The translations under genes were made by a program, and so were the position numbers. A stretch of DNA of 64,000 nt. It comes from Pseudomonadota bacterium (GTDB taxonomy: Bacteria > Myxococcota_A > UBA796 > SXON01). The stretch lies in assembly GCA_030685065.1 (NCBI GenBank), contig JAUXQH010000095.1, positions 142,855-206,854 on the forward strand, read 5' to 3'. The first letter of the stretch is position 1; every line of letters begins with the position of its first letter. The notes beneath the pieces are model-generated. The model did no database searches. It was not told the DNA's origin and worked only from the letters and a program-made list of their open reading frames with translations. Below, one piece after another: positions 44,099-52,578 of the stretch.

Positions 44099-45607
44099 CT
44101 ACTGCCGAACCTCGAGGAGGTTGAACTTCTCCTGGATCTCGCGGTTCGCGGTCGAGGACGACTCGTGGATCTGCGGGGTGATGAACACCAGGAACTGCTG
44201 CTTCTGCTTCTTGTAGTCCTTGGCGTTGTAGAAGCTGAACAGCCCCGCGGACTGGGCCGCGCTGTTCTCCGGGAGCCGGTTGTAGTCCACCCGGTCGCTC
44301 ACGCGCTGCAGGCCGCCGATGACGATGCTCTCGCCGGCGCGGGCGTATTGGGAGGTGGTGATGTCGGACTGGTCGATCGCGGGGTAGCCGTTGGTCCCGA
44401 CCTCGCCGAGCGAGGACACCTCGACCTTGATGTTCAGATCGACCTCGGAGCCCTGGGCGTACGGGGTCACGTCGAGGGTGATGCCCACCTCCTCGAAGAT
44501 GATGGTCTGCGTGCCGTTCTCGATGAAGACGAAGGGGATGCGCTGGCCCGAGAAGATGTGCGCGGTGTCGCCGCTCTTCACCGACACGGTGGGGTTCTCG
44601 AGGACGCGCGCGTAGCCGCTGCGCCGCGCCCGCTCGAGCCGGGGCAGGAGCGAGGTGATCGTGGCGGAGGCGGTGCCCTCGGCGGCCGACGCATCGAAGA
44701 AGTCGTGCAGGAAGTTGAACTGCACGCCGCCGTCGACCGCGAGCGGACTCCACTCCACGCCCCACGAGGTCACTAGCGACTTGGTCAGCTCGACGAAGTG
44801 CACGTTCATCACGATGGTCTCGGCGCGGCCGGGGATGCGGTCGACCTCGCGCACCTCCAGGACATTGACGACGTCGGGGTAGTAGGCCCGCGCGATCGCC
44901 TCGGCGCGCTTGCTCGCCATCTCCGAGTGCACGATGCCCTCGAGCATGATCTTCTTGCCGACGAGCCGTACGTTCACGCCGGGGGTGCCGATCTCCTTCT
45001 GGATCAGCGACGCGAGCAGGCGCTGGGCGATGGGCGAGAGGGTCACCATCGACTCGATGAGCGGCTCGCGCTCGTCGAGGTCCTGGACGCGCTCCAGCTC
45101 GTCATCCAGGCTCACCTCACCCTGGATGTACACGCGATCGTTCATGATCTTGAACGAGAGCCCCTCGATGTCGTCGAGGAGCGCCTGGACGTTCTTCATG
45201 ACCTTCGCGAGGTTGGCTGGGATGACGGTGATCTCGATCTCGTCGACCCGGGCGCCGCGCGTGTTGTAGAGGATGAGGTTGGTCGTGCCGACTTCGCGTC
45301 CGGCGACCAGGATCTGGCGGGCCTCGCGCAGCGGCACCACCTTCGCGATCTCGGCGGAGCCGACCGACACGTCCCCGAAGCTGTACGGGATGTCGATCGC
45401 CTGCTGCGTGTTGACGACGATGACCTGGTCGGGCACCTCTTCGGCCGCGTACGTGCCGGGCACGACCTGCGGCACCGCGAGCACCAGCGGCGCGAGGAGC
45501 GCGAGCGAGACGGCGGCGCGGGTGACCCAGGCGCGCACGAGGAGCGGCGCGGGGCGCACCGGGGCGCTCACAGCGCGGCCCATGCGGGGAATCACAGCGC
45601 GGCCCAT
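44099..45607 (-). CDS. Flp/Tad pilus secretin (CpaC/RcpA family)
   Basis: N-terminal signal (VSLALLAPLVLA), BON-like N-domains, C-terminal secretin domain (...VLENPTVSVKSGDTAHIFSGQRIPF...GITLDVTP...SIVIGGLQ...). Start at ATG 45607 (GGGGTGG upstream) or 45583. The N-terminal 260 codons of track ORF 44099..46384 are junk. Confidence 0.8.
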   Translation of the reverse strand: MGRAVIPRMGRAVSAPVRPAPLLVRAWVTRAAVSLALLAPLVLAVPQVVPGTYAAEEVPDQVIVVNTQQAIDIPYSFGDVSVGSAEIAKVVPLREARQILVAGREVGTTNLILYNTRGARVDEIEITVIPANLAKVMKNVQALLDDIEGLSFKIMNDRVYIQGEVSLDDELERVQDLDEREPLIESMVTLSPIAQRLLASLIQKEIGTPGVNVRLVGKKIMLEGIVHSEMASKRAEAIARAYYPDVVNVLEVREVDRIPGRAETIVMNVHFVELTKSLVTSWGVEWSPLAVDGGVQFNFLHDFFDASAAEGTASATITSLLPRLERARRSGYARVLENPTVSVKSGDTAHIFSGQRIPFVFIENGTQTIIFEEVGITLDVTPYAQGSEVDLNIKVEVSSLGEVGTNGYPAIDQSDITTSQYARAGESIVIGGLQRVSDRVDYNRLPENSAAQSAGLFSFYNAKDYKKQKQQFLVFITPQIHESSSTANREIQEKFNLLEVRQ

Positions 45608-45615
45608 GCGGGGAA

Positions 45616-46446
45616 TCAAAAGCCACCCCCTTCGATGACGCGGTAGCGGGGCCCGGAGCGATACCGGACCTGCTGGACCAGGCCGAGGGTCGAGGCGACG
45701 GTGGCGTGGTCGAGCGCGACCGGCTCGGGCATCTCCCACAACGAGCGGAGGCTGATCGTGAGGTCCCCGATCTGCTGGGCGAGCACCAGCTTCTGGGCCT
45801 CCGAGGGGCGCACGCCCACCGTGATGGTGGCGCTGTTGCCGAGCAGCTCCGAGGGGGATGGCTCCTTCTGGACCATCGGCTGGCCCTCGGGGGGCATGGT
45901 CACCACGTCCCGCGTCGTGATGCGGCCGATGTCGTCGACCACCGAGAGCACCCACACGTCCTGCATGACGGTGACGGTGCGCACGTCCGACTTCTCTCCG
46001 GTGCCGAAGTCGAAGGTGCCGAGGATGTCGACGTGGTTGCCGGGGCGGATGTGCCCGCCGACCGCGTTGAACACCGACACGTCGAGCGAGATGGCGCGCA
46101 GGCCCTTCGGCACGTAGAGCGCCAGCCCCGCCTCGTCGGCGGTCACGAGCTTGGTCGCGACGATCTGCTCCCCCGTGAGGATGGGGACGGCGCTGATCTG
46201 ATCGCGGATCAGCTCGGTCGACGTGAGCGCCTTGGGCTGTTGCCAGCGGCGCGGCACCTCCACGAGCTCCACCATGGTCTCGTCGAGCCGCACGTTGTCG
46301 AGGATGTCGCGCTTGGCCACGAGGGTCATCATCGGAGCGGTCTCGTAGAGGAGGTCCTGCTCGCGCTGGTGCACGTAGCGGCACTGCGCGAAGGTCGCGA
46401 CGAGCGCGACCACCAGGGCGAACAGGAACGCGCGGGGGTTCTTCAA
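45616..46446 (-). CDS. Flp pilus assembly protein CpaB/RcpC (SAF domain)
   Basis: N-terminal TM MKNPRAFLFALVVALVATFAQ, then a CpaB-like SAF/beta domain. The stop lies 8 bp from the secretin start. Confidence 0.75.
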   Translation of the reverse strand: MKNPRAFLFALVVALVATFAQCRYVHQREQDLLYETAPMMTLVAKRDILDNVRLDETMVELVEVPRRWQQPKALTSTELIRDQISAVPILTGEQIVATKLVTADEAGLALYVPKGLRAISLDVSVFNAVGGHIRPGNHVDILGTFDFGTGEKSDVRTVTVMQDVWVLSVVDDIGRITTRDVVTMPPEGQPMVQKEPSPSELLGNSATITVGVRPSEAQKLVLAQQIGDLTISLRSLWEMPEPVALDHATVASTLGLVQQVRYRSGPRYRVIEGGGF

Positions 46447-46522
46447 ACGGGCCTCGACGGGACAGAGAGGGCGAGTCTACGACATCTCGAGCGTGTGCGC
46501 TGCGAGCCTGTCGCGCGCCGTG

Positions 46523-46711
46523 CTACCGCTTGTCCCCGCTGCCATTGGCCGCGCCCGCGCCCACCAGCGTGCTCGCGTCGCTTCCGAGGTTGTCCATGCC
46601 CTCCGAGAAGCCCGGGATGAACGCGTAGGCCGCCACCGCGAGCCCCACGACGGCGACGCTGATCAAGAGGAAATACTCGGTGGTGGCCTGGCCACGGCGA
46701 CGACGGGTCAT
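46523..46711 (-). CDS. Flp-family type IVb pilin (Flp1)
   Basis: 62 aa: MTRRRRGQATTEYFLLISVAVVGLAVAAYAFIPG..., the G/xxxxEY Flp processing motif plus hydrophobic helix. Real gene is only the last 62 codons of track ORF 46523..47143. The ATG overlaps the CpaA stop (ATGA 46708-46711). Confidence 0.8.
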   Translation of the reverse strand: MTRRRRGQATTEYFLLISVAVVGLAVAAYAFIPGFSEGMDNLGSDASTLVGAGAANGSGDKR

Positions 46712-47199
46712 GGAGCTCCCCAGAGATTCGGCCAGGGTTGAAAGCGGGCGGCGATCACGCCGGCGGAGATGACGAGGGCGAAGATCATCTTCGTCGTGAC
46801 TTCGCGTTCGCCCTTGACCCAGAAGCGCCACACGTTGCCGAGGCGCCCCTTGGCGATGAGCACGATCAGCGCGACCGGGAAGTTGATGATCAGGCCCAGC
46901 AGGATGGCACGCACGATGGTCTCGGGCCCGACGAGCGCGCCCGCGGCCATCACCAGCTTCACGTCGCCGGGGTGGTAGGCGCCGCCGAACTTCCAGAGCA
47001 CGACGCCCACCGCGAAGGCCACGAGGAGGCCGAGCGCGCCATCGTAGAAGTGAGGGGCGAACAACGGCGCCATCAGGACGCCCGTGACCATCACCGGGAA
47101 CGTCAGCACGTTCTTGATCTTGCCGGTCGTCCAGTCGGTCCACATGGCGCCGAGGAGCAAGGCCAGGAGGACCGCATCGGGGGGGCCGAGGGGAGCCAT
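46708..47199 (-). CDS. Flp prepilin peptidase CpaA/TadV (short A24 peptidase, no zinc-finger)
   Basis: 163 aa: ...LGAMWTDWTTGKIKN...AYHPGDVKLVMAAGALVG..., conserved Asp motifs, 4-5 TM helices. Confidence 0.75.
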   Translation of the reverse strand: MAPLGPPDAVLLALLLGAMWTDWTTGKIKNVLTFPVMVTGVLMAPLFAPHFYDGALGLLVAFAVGVVLWKFGGAYHPGDVKLVMAAGALVGPETIVRAILLGLIINFPVALIVLIAKGRLGNVWRFWVKGEREVTTKMIFALVISAGVIAARFQPWPNLWGAP

Positions 47200-47361
47200 T
47201 CAGGGGTAGGGCAGCTGCACGGTGGTGCGGACGTTGTGGAACACGTCCTTCACGCCGTCGCCGAACGCGATGAAGCCGGCCGCGAGGCCGACCACGATCA
47301 CCGAGATGCCGAGCACGTACTCGACGAGGGATTGTCCGCGACGGGACCGACGGTCGTTCAT
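47200..47361 (-). CDS. Flp-family pilin (Flp2); absent from the ORF track
   Basis: Own translation: MNDRRSRRGQSLVEYVLGISVIVVGLAAGFIAFGDGVKDVFHNVRTTVQLPYP*. It has the GQSLVEY motif. Its stop directly abuts the CpaA start (47199). Its ATG overlaps the Flp3 stop (ATGA 47358-47361). Confidence 0.75.
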   Translation of the reverse strand: MNDRRSRRGQSLVEYVLGISVIVVGLAAGFIAFGDGVKDVFHNVRTTVQLPYP

Positions 47362-47513
47362 GGCATCTCCACGCGCGCGGCGACCCAGCCGGCGATCGTT
47401 CCCACCAGGGCTTCGAACGCGTCGTGCCAGACGTACCCGGCCAGCACCAGCGCGAACAGGATGCCGGTGACCCCGAGCATGGGCTCCACGGTGGACTGGC
47501 CGCGCAGGCTCAC
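47358..47513 (-). CDS. Flp-like pilin (Flp3), GTG start; variant motif GQSTVEP instead of ...EY
   Basis: In-frame V(M)SLRGQSTVEPMLGVTGILFALVLAGYVWHDAFEALVGTIAGWVAARVEMP*, the C-terminal part of track ORF 47358..47630. The start is uncertain: GTG 47513, or further upstream. Confidence 0.5.
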   Translation of the reverse strand: MSLRGQSTVEPMLGVTGILFALVLAGYVWHDAFEALVGTIAGWVAARVEMP

Positions 47514-47688
47514 GGGGACACGATCAGCATGAAGACCACAGCAAGAGATGTACCACGGCGCCCGACGAACCGGCGAGCGTGGCGCGGCCGGGATCGCAGG
47601 GGCCCCGCCGCGCTGGGAGCGGGGCCACACCGCGTCGCTGGGGCGCGCGGATCCCGGCGGCGCTGGGGCGGGGGAGTCGCAGCGCCGA

Positions 47689-48306
47689 CTATTCCCTGAG
47701 CCGGGCGGTGATCATCCCCATGTCCTCCGGCACGAGCGAGTGCATCACCGCGTCGAGAGGCTCGTCGTAGATGCGGAGGCGGTTGCGGAGCACGCCCTCC
47801 CGGAGCGCGCCGAGCTTGTCGGCGACGCGCAGGCTGGCCGAATTGGAGGGGACGACGAGGATCTCGAGGCGCTGCAAGCGGAGGGACTTGAACCCGAAGA
47901 TGGCGGCGCTGCGCGCGGCCGTGGTCGCGACGCCTCGATCCGACGCGGAGCTGCGCACCCAATAGCCGAGGTTTGCCGTCCGATGTAGGTCGTTCCGCAT
48001 GTTCAGGCCCACCCCGCCGAGGAGGTGATCGTCCGTGTCGACGATGGCGAACTCGTGCTTGGTGCAGGCGTCGAACGAACCCCGGGTGTCCTCGATCCAG
48101 GACTGCGCCTCGTCGAGGGAGTAGTCGGGGTGGGCCCACGGCATGAAGGGCGCGAGGTCGGGGATCGACTCCCGGACCGCCTCCACGAACTCGGCGGCAT
48201 CGTCCTCGCGGAAGGGGCGGATGCCGATCCCGCCGCTCCACAGCGGAAACGCCGGATCATCCACCATAGGTGTAGCGCGTGGCGATCCCGTAGAAGTACC
48301 CGGCAT
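47689..48306 (-). CDS. GNAT family N-acetyltransferase (RimJ/RimL-like)
   Basis: ...FAIVDTDDHLLGGVGLNMRNDLHRTANLGYWVRSSASDRGVATTAARSAAIFGF..., GNAT motif A. Confidence 0.75.
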   Translation of the reverse strand: MPGTSTGSPRATPMVDDPAFPLWSGGIGIRPFREDDAAEFVEAVRESIPDLAPFMPWAHPDYSLDEAQSWIEDTRGSFDACTKHEFAIVDTDDHLLGGVGLNMRNDLHRTANLGYWVRSSASDRGVATTAARSAAIFGFKSLRLQRLEILVVPSNSASLRVADKLGALREGVLRNRLRIYDEPLDAVMHSLVPEDMGMITARLRE

Positions 48307-49411
48307 AGTCGGTCTCGATCCGGAAGAAGTCAGCCGCGTAGCCCGATTCGTCCACGATGCGGTACACCGTCGGGAAAATCCCGCTCACGTTCGCGGTCAC
48401 GTAGAAGTCGCCGCTGTCCCCGTCGATGGCCACCTGGTACGGCGACCAGGTGTCGTCCGCCCAGCCCTCGACCAGGGCCCAGTCCCCCGCGTCCAGATCG
48501 AAGCGGTAGATGCCCATCGCCCCGGTGGTCGCGTCGGTGCCCTGCGTGTACCACCCGCCCCCGTCGCGATGCGTTCCCGACGAGGTCTGGAGCGTGGGGC
48601 TCTCGTAGTCGCCCTTGCGATGCACCACGAGCCCGCCCTCGGCGGTCCACGTGCCGAAGCCGCCGAAGTAGTCGAACAGCCCGACCTCCCCCGTCGCGGG
48701 GTCGACCGCGGCCGACACCCCGGTGAATTCGTGCGCGGCGGGGTCCTCGAAGTCCACGACCCAGCTCGCGAGCTCGGTGATCGTGCCGTCGGGGGCCACG
48801 CCCACCAGCGAGCCCACCGTGGTCGCGAGCACGATCCCGTCGAGCCCGAACCCGTCCGGCATCGTCGCGATGCCCCACACGCCGTACTCGTAGACCTCGG
48901 CGTCGGAGAAGTCCCCGATGTCGGTGCAGGTCCCATCGGAATCGACCATCGACACCGCCGCGCCGTTGTTGCTGATCACCCAGCCGTCTCCGTAGTGATC
49001 GAGCCAGCTCGGCCCGCAGCCGTTCGAGAGGTTCACGGTGTCGTCGTCGCGCCCGATCGTGTCGAGCACGATGATGGAGCCGGCGCCGTCATCATCCACG
49101 CGCCCGACGCTGAAGCCCGACCACTCCTCGTCGGTGCGCCCGTCGCAGTCGTTGTCCTTGCCGTCCCCGTCGTCCTCTTCTCGCGCGGGGGAGACGCGGA
49201 CGTCGGCGTCGTCGCAGTCTCCCTCCTCGGGGGTGAACCCGTCGTCGTCGAGATCCCCGTCGGTGTCGGCGGTGTCGATGGGGGTGGTGTCCGTGTCCGA
49301 GTCGTCGGTGTCCACCGGCTCGTCGGTGTCGGGCTTCTGAAAACCGGTGTCGAGCGCTGAGCAGCCGCCACCGCCGAGAGAGAGGATGACCACGAGGAGG
49401 GCGAATCGCAT
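48257..49411 (-). CDS. lipoprotein with Asp-Thr repeats and MopE-like Cys-rich motif (paralog family of 24961..26514)
   Basis: MRFALLVVILSLGGGGCS lipobox. DTDDSDTDTTPIDTADTDGD. CDDADVRVSPAREEDDGDGKDNDCDG. Confidence 0.75.
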   Translation of the reverse strand: MRFALLVVILSLGGGGCSALDTGFQKPDTDEPVDTDDSDTDTTPIDTADTDGDLDDDGFTPEEGDCDDADVRVSPAREEDDGDGKDNDCDGRTDEEWSGFSVGRVDDDGAGSIIVLDTIGRDDDTVNLSNGCGPSWLDHYGDGWVISNNGAAVSMVDSDGTCTDIGDFSDAEVYEYGVWGIATMPDGFGLDGIVLATTVGSLVGVAPDGTITELASWVVDFEDPAAHEFTGVSAAVDPATGEVGLFDYFGGFGTWTAEGGLVVHRKGDYESPTLQTSSGTHRDGGGWYTQGTDATTGAMGIYRFDLDAGDWALVEGWADDTWSPYQVAIDGDSGDFYVTANVSGIFPTVYRIVDESGYAADFFRIETDYAGYFYGIATRYTYGG

Positions 49412-49472
49412 CGCTGCATCTTAGCGGACGCTTACACTCAGGTCGCGCGGCGTACGGCCCGAGTGGTACGGC

Positions 49473-50498
49473 ATGCTCAGCCTCCTCTTCGCCGCCGCCC
49501 TCGCCGGGACCCCCACCCAGCTCTCCACGCCCGCGGTCTCCGTGACCACGGTCGAGGTCGAGGTCGATCCGTGGGCTCCGCCGCCGCCCCCTCCGCTTCA
49601 GCTCCCGGAGGACGGCTCTCGGCCCACCTGGGCCTCGCTCCCTCCCAACCCGCGCGGCCAGACGGACTTCACCGCCTACACCCTCGACTGGGGAGAGGTT
49701 CGCGTCGGCATCGGGAGCGTCGGCATCGCCCTCTTCCCCGGCGTCCAGCTCTCCACCCAGCCGCTCCTGGACGCGGTGCGGATGCCGAACGTGGCCTTGA
49801 AGATGGACCTCCTCCAGCTCGGCGACCGCTTCGACGGCGCCGTGAACGGCTCGCTCGGCCACATGCGGACGGACACGCTCAACGCGCTCTACGTCACCGC
49901 CGGCGGCACCGCGTCGGTCATCGTCACCCCCGCGTGGTCCCTGCACGGCGGCGCCCAGTGGACCTACGCCGCCGCGATCGGCGAGCCCGACCTGGCCGCC
50001 ACCGCCGAGGTCGTGGAGCCCCTGGTCGGGAACCTGCCCTCCGACGCGAGCCTCCAATACCTGTCCGAGCGGCTCGCGTACGAGGTCCGCATCGAGGCCG
50101 TCACGCTTCGCGCGGCCACGGACTTCCGGATCAATCGTCGCGACAGCATCATCCTGCAGGGCCAGGCCGTGCTCTGGGCATGGACCCGCTACCCGAACTA
50201 CGCCGAGCGCTTCGTGTCCGAGGAGTCCGGCTTCGTGCCGATCACGGACACCTACACCGCGAGCCTCGCGTGGCAATTCTCCTGGCGAAACGTCGACCTC
50301 CGGGTAGGGGGCGGCATCTCGTCGGTGCCGGGCGCGTGGCTGCTGAACACGGTCGATCTCGCGTGGCGCTTCGGCGGAAAGACGCGCGGGCACCAGGCGA
50401 AGCGGCTGCAGGCGTGGCGCGGCAGCAACAAGGTGGCGGCGGCGACGCGCCCCGAGGACGTCGCGACGGCGAAGCTGCTCTCCACCCCGAGCACCTGA
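49473..50498 (+). CDS. hypothetical secreted/outer-membrane protein
   Basis: Signal MLSLLFAAALAGTPTQ. Composition is beta-rich (W/Y/T) and ends ...AWRFGG before a basic tail. No family recognised. Confidence 0.55.
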   Translation: MLSLLFAAALAGTPTQLSTPAVSVTTVEVEVDPWAPPPPPPLQLPEDGSRPTWASLPPNPRGQTDFTAYTLDWGEVRVGIGSVGIALFPGVQLSTQPLLDAVRMPNVALKMDLLQLGDRFDGAVNGSLGHMRTDTLNALYVTAGGTASVIVTPAWSLHGGAQWTYAAAIGEPDLAATAEVVEPLVGNLPSDASLQYLSERLAYEVRIEAVTLRAATDFRINRRDSIILQGQAVLWAWTRYPNYAERFVSEESGFVPITDTYTASLAWQFSWRNVDLRVGGGISSVPGAWLLNTVDLAWRFGGKTRGHQAKRLQAWRGSNKVAAATRPEDVATAKLLSTPST

Positions 50499-50530
50499 AC
50501 ATCCGTACGCATCCCGGTTAAGCGCGCGCG

Positions 50531-52543
50531 ATGCCTCCCTTCCGCCTCGCCACCGACATGAAGCCCGCCGGTGATCAGCCCACGGCCATCGCCCAGCTCG
50601 TCGCCGGCCTCAACGGCAACCAGATGCACCAGGTGCTCCTCGGCGCGACCGGCACCGGAAAGACCTTCACCATCGCCAATGTCATCCAGGCCTACCAACG
50701 CCCGACGCTGATCATGGCGCACAACAAGACCCTCGCCGCGCAGCTCTTCGGCGAGATGAAGCAGCTGTTCCCGGACAACGCGGTCGAGTACTTCGTCAGC
50801 TACTTCGACTACTTTCAGCCCGAGGCCTACGTCCCCTCCTCCGACACCTACATCGAGAAGGACAGCCTCATCAACGAGCACATCGACAAGCTGCGCCACA
50901 GCGCCACGCGGTCGTTGCTCGAGCGGACGGACGTGATCATCGTCGCGTCCGTGTCTTGCATCTACGGCCTCGGCTCGCCCGAAGCCTACGACGGCATGGT
51001 CATCCCCATCGAGGTGGGGGACACCATCCCGCGGCGCACGCTGCTCTCCCGGCTGGTCGAGCTCCAATACCAACGGAACGAGCAGGATCTCCACCGTGGC
51101 ACGTTCCGCGCGCGGGGGGACGTGATCGAGATCGTGCCCGCCCACGAGAGCGAGAAGGCCTACCGCATCGAGCTGTTCGGGGACGAGGTCGAGGCCCTCT
51201 CCGAGATCGATCCCCTCCGCGGCGTCAAGCTCACCAAGCTCGACAAGATCTGCATCTACCCGGCGAGCCACTACGTCACGCCCAAGGAGAAGATGCAGCG
51301 CGCGATCGACTCGATCCGCACGGAGCTCCAGGAGCGCCTGGAGGACCTACGCGGCAAGGGCCTGCTCCTCGAGGCCCAGCGGCTCGAGCAGCGCACGGTC
51401 TTCGATCTGGAGATGATCGAGCAGCTCGGCTTCTGCAACGGCATCGAGAACTACAGCCGTCACCTGACGCAGCGGCCCCAGGGGCTGCCGCCCCCGACGC
51501 TCCTCGAGTACTTCCGCGGCGACTGGCTGCTGGTCATCGACGAGAGCCACGCGACGATCCCGCAGATCGGCAGCATGTACAAGGGTGATCGCGCGCGCAA
51601 GGAAACGCTCGTCAAGTACGGCTTCCGGCTGCCGAGCGCGCTGGACAACCGGCCGCTGATGTTCGAGGAATTCAACGAGCACATCCGCCAGGCCATCTAC
51701 GTCTCGGCCACGCCCTCGAAGTACGAGCTCGAAAAGGCGATGGGCATCGTGGCGGAGCAGGTCATCCGCCCCACCGGCCTGCTCGACCCGATCATCGAGG
51801 TGCGGCCCGCCTCGTCGCAGGTGGACGATCTGCTCGGCGAGCTCCGGGAGACCGTCGCGAAGGGCCACCGCGTGCTGGTCACGACGCTCACCAAGCGCAT
51901 GGCGCAGGAGCTCACGGACTACTACCAGGAGCTCGGGCTGCGGGTGAAGTACCTGCACTCCGACATCGACACGCTCGAGCGCATGCAGATCCTCCGGGAG
52001 CTGCGCCTCGGCGAATTCGACATCCTCGTCGGCATCAACCTGTTGCGCGAGGGGCTCGACCTGCCCGAGGTCGCGCTCGTCGCCGTGCTCGACGCGGACA
52101 AGGAGGGCTTCCTCCGCAGCGGCACGTCGCTCATCCAGACCATCGGGCGCGCCGCCCGCAACGTCGAGGGGCGCGTGATCCTGTACGCGGACAGGGTCAC
52201 CGACAGCATGGAGCTCGCGATGGGCGAGACCAGCCGGCGCCGCGTGAAGCAGATGGCCTACAACGACGAGCACGGCATCACGCCGATGACCATCATCAAG
52301 AACATGGACAGCCCGCTCGCCGCGCTGCTCGACGCCGACTACGTCAAGGTCCCGAAGAACGCCAAGGAGCTCGCGACGCTTCCGGGCGTCAGCATCGAGG
52401 CCATCCCGGGGCAGATCCGGCGGTTGCGCGCGGAGATGAAGACGGCCGCGTCCCAGCTCGAGTTCGAGCGCGCGGCCGAGCTGCGCGATCGCGTCCGCAA
52501 GCTCGAGGAGATGGCGCTGCAGATGGGCGAGATCGGAGGGTAG
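50531..52543 (+). CDS. uvrB: excinuclease ABC subunit B
   Basis: Unambiguous UvrB: [20 protein letters not shown], beta-hairpin region, helicase motifs DESH, VSATPS, and the C-terminal UVR domain ([15 protein letters not shown]). Confidence 0.97.
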   Translation: MPPFRLATDMKPAGDQPTAIAQLVAGLNGNQMHQVLLGATGTGKTFTIANVIQAYQRPTLIMAHNKTLAAQLFGEMKQLFPDNAVEYFVSYFDYFQPEAYVPSSDTYIEKDSLINEHIDKLRHSATRSLLERTDVIIVASVSCIYGLGSPEAYDGMVIPIEVGDTIPRRTLLSRLVELQYQRNEQDLHRGTFRARGDVIEIVPAHESEKAYRIELFGDEVEALSEIDPLRGVKLTKLDKICIYPASHYVTPKEKMQRAIDSIRTELQERLEDLRGKGLLLEAQRLEQRTVFDLEMIEQLGFCNGIENYSRHLTQRPQGLPPPTLLEYFRGDWLLVIDESHATIPQIGSMYKGDRARKETLVKYGFRLPSALDNRPLMFEEFNEHIRQAIYVSATPSKYELEKAMGIVAEQVIRPTGLLDPIIEVRPASSQVDDLLGELRETVAKGHRVLVTTLTKRMAQELTDYYQELGLRVKYLHSDIDTLERMQILRELRLGEFDILVGINLLREGLDLPEVALVAVLDADKEGFLRSGTSLIQTIGRAARNVEGRVILYADRVTDSMELAMGETSRRRVKQMAYNDEHGITPMTIIKNMDSPLAALLDADYVKVPKNAKELATLPGVSIEAIPGQIRRLRAEMKTAASQLEFERAAELRDRVRKLEEMALQMGEIGG

Positions 52544-52571
52544 GAGCCCGTAGTGCATACACTACGGGCTC
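52544..52571. terminator. perfect 12-bp stem / 4-nt loop hairpin between convergent uvrB and the MYXO-CTERM protein gene (bidirectional intrinsic terminator candidate, no U-tract)
   Basis: GAGCCCGTAGTG-cata-CACTACGGGCTC starts immediately after the uvrB TAG stop. Confidence 0.5.
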
Positions 52572-52578
52572 GTAGGCG

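Noticed and set aside
40932-44765. 1277-aa giant ORF
   Set aside because: Only the C-terminal 310 aa (TadB/C-like) are protein-like. The rest is antisense to the CpaE-CpaF gene and secretin 3' region and is Arg/Gly/His-rich junk.
44099-46384. 761-aa secretin ORF extent
   Set aside because: Upstream of the ATG at 45607 the frame runs antisense through cpaB and is Arg/Gly/Pro-rich. The signal-peptide-like start plus the tandem-duplicated ATGs mark the real N-terminus.
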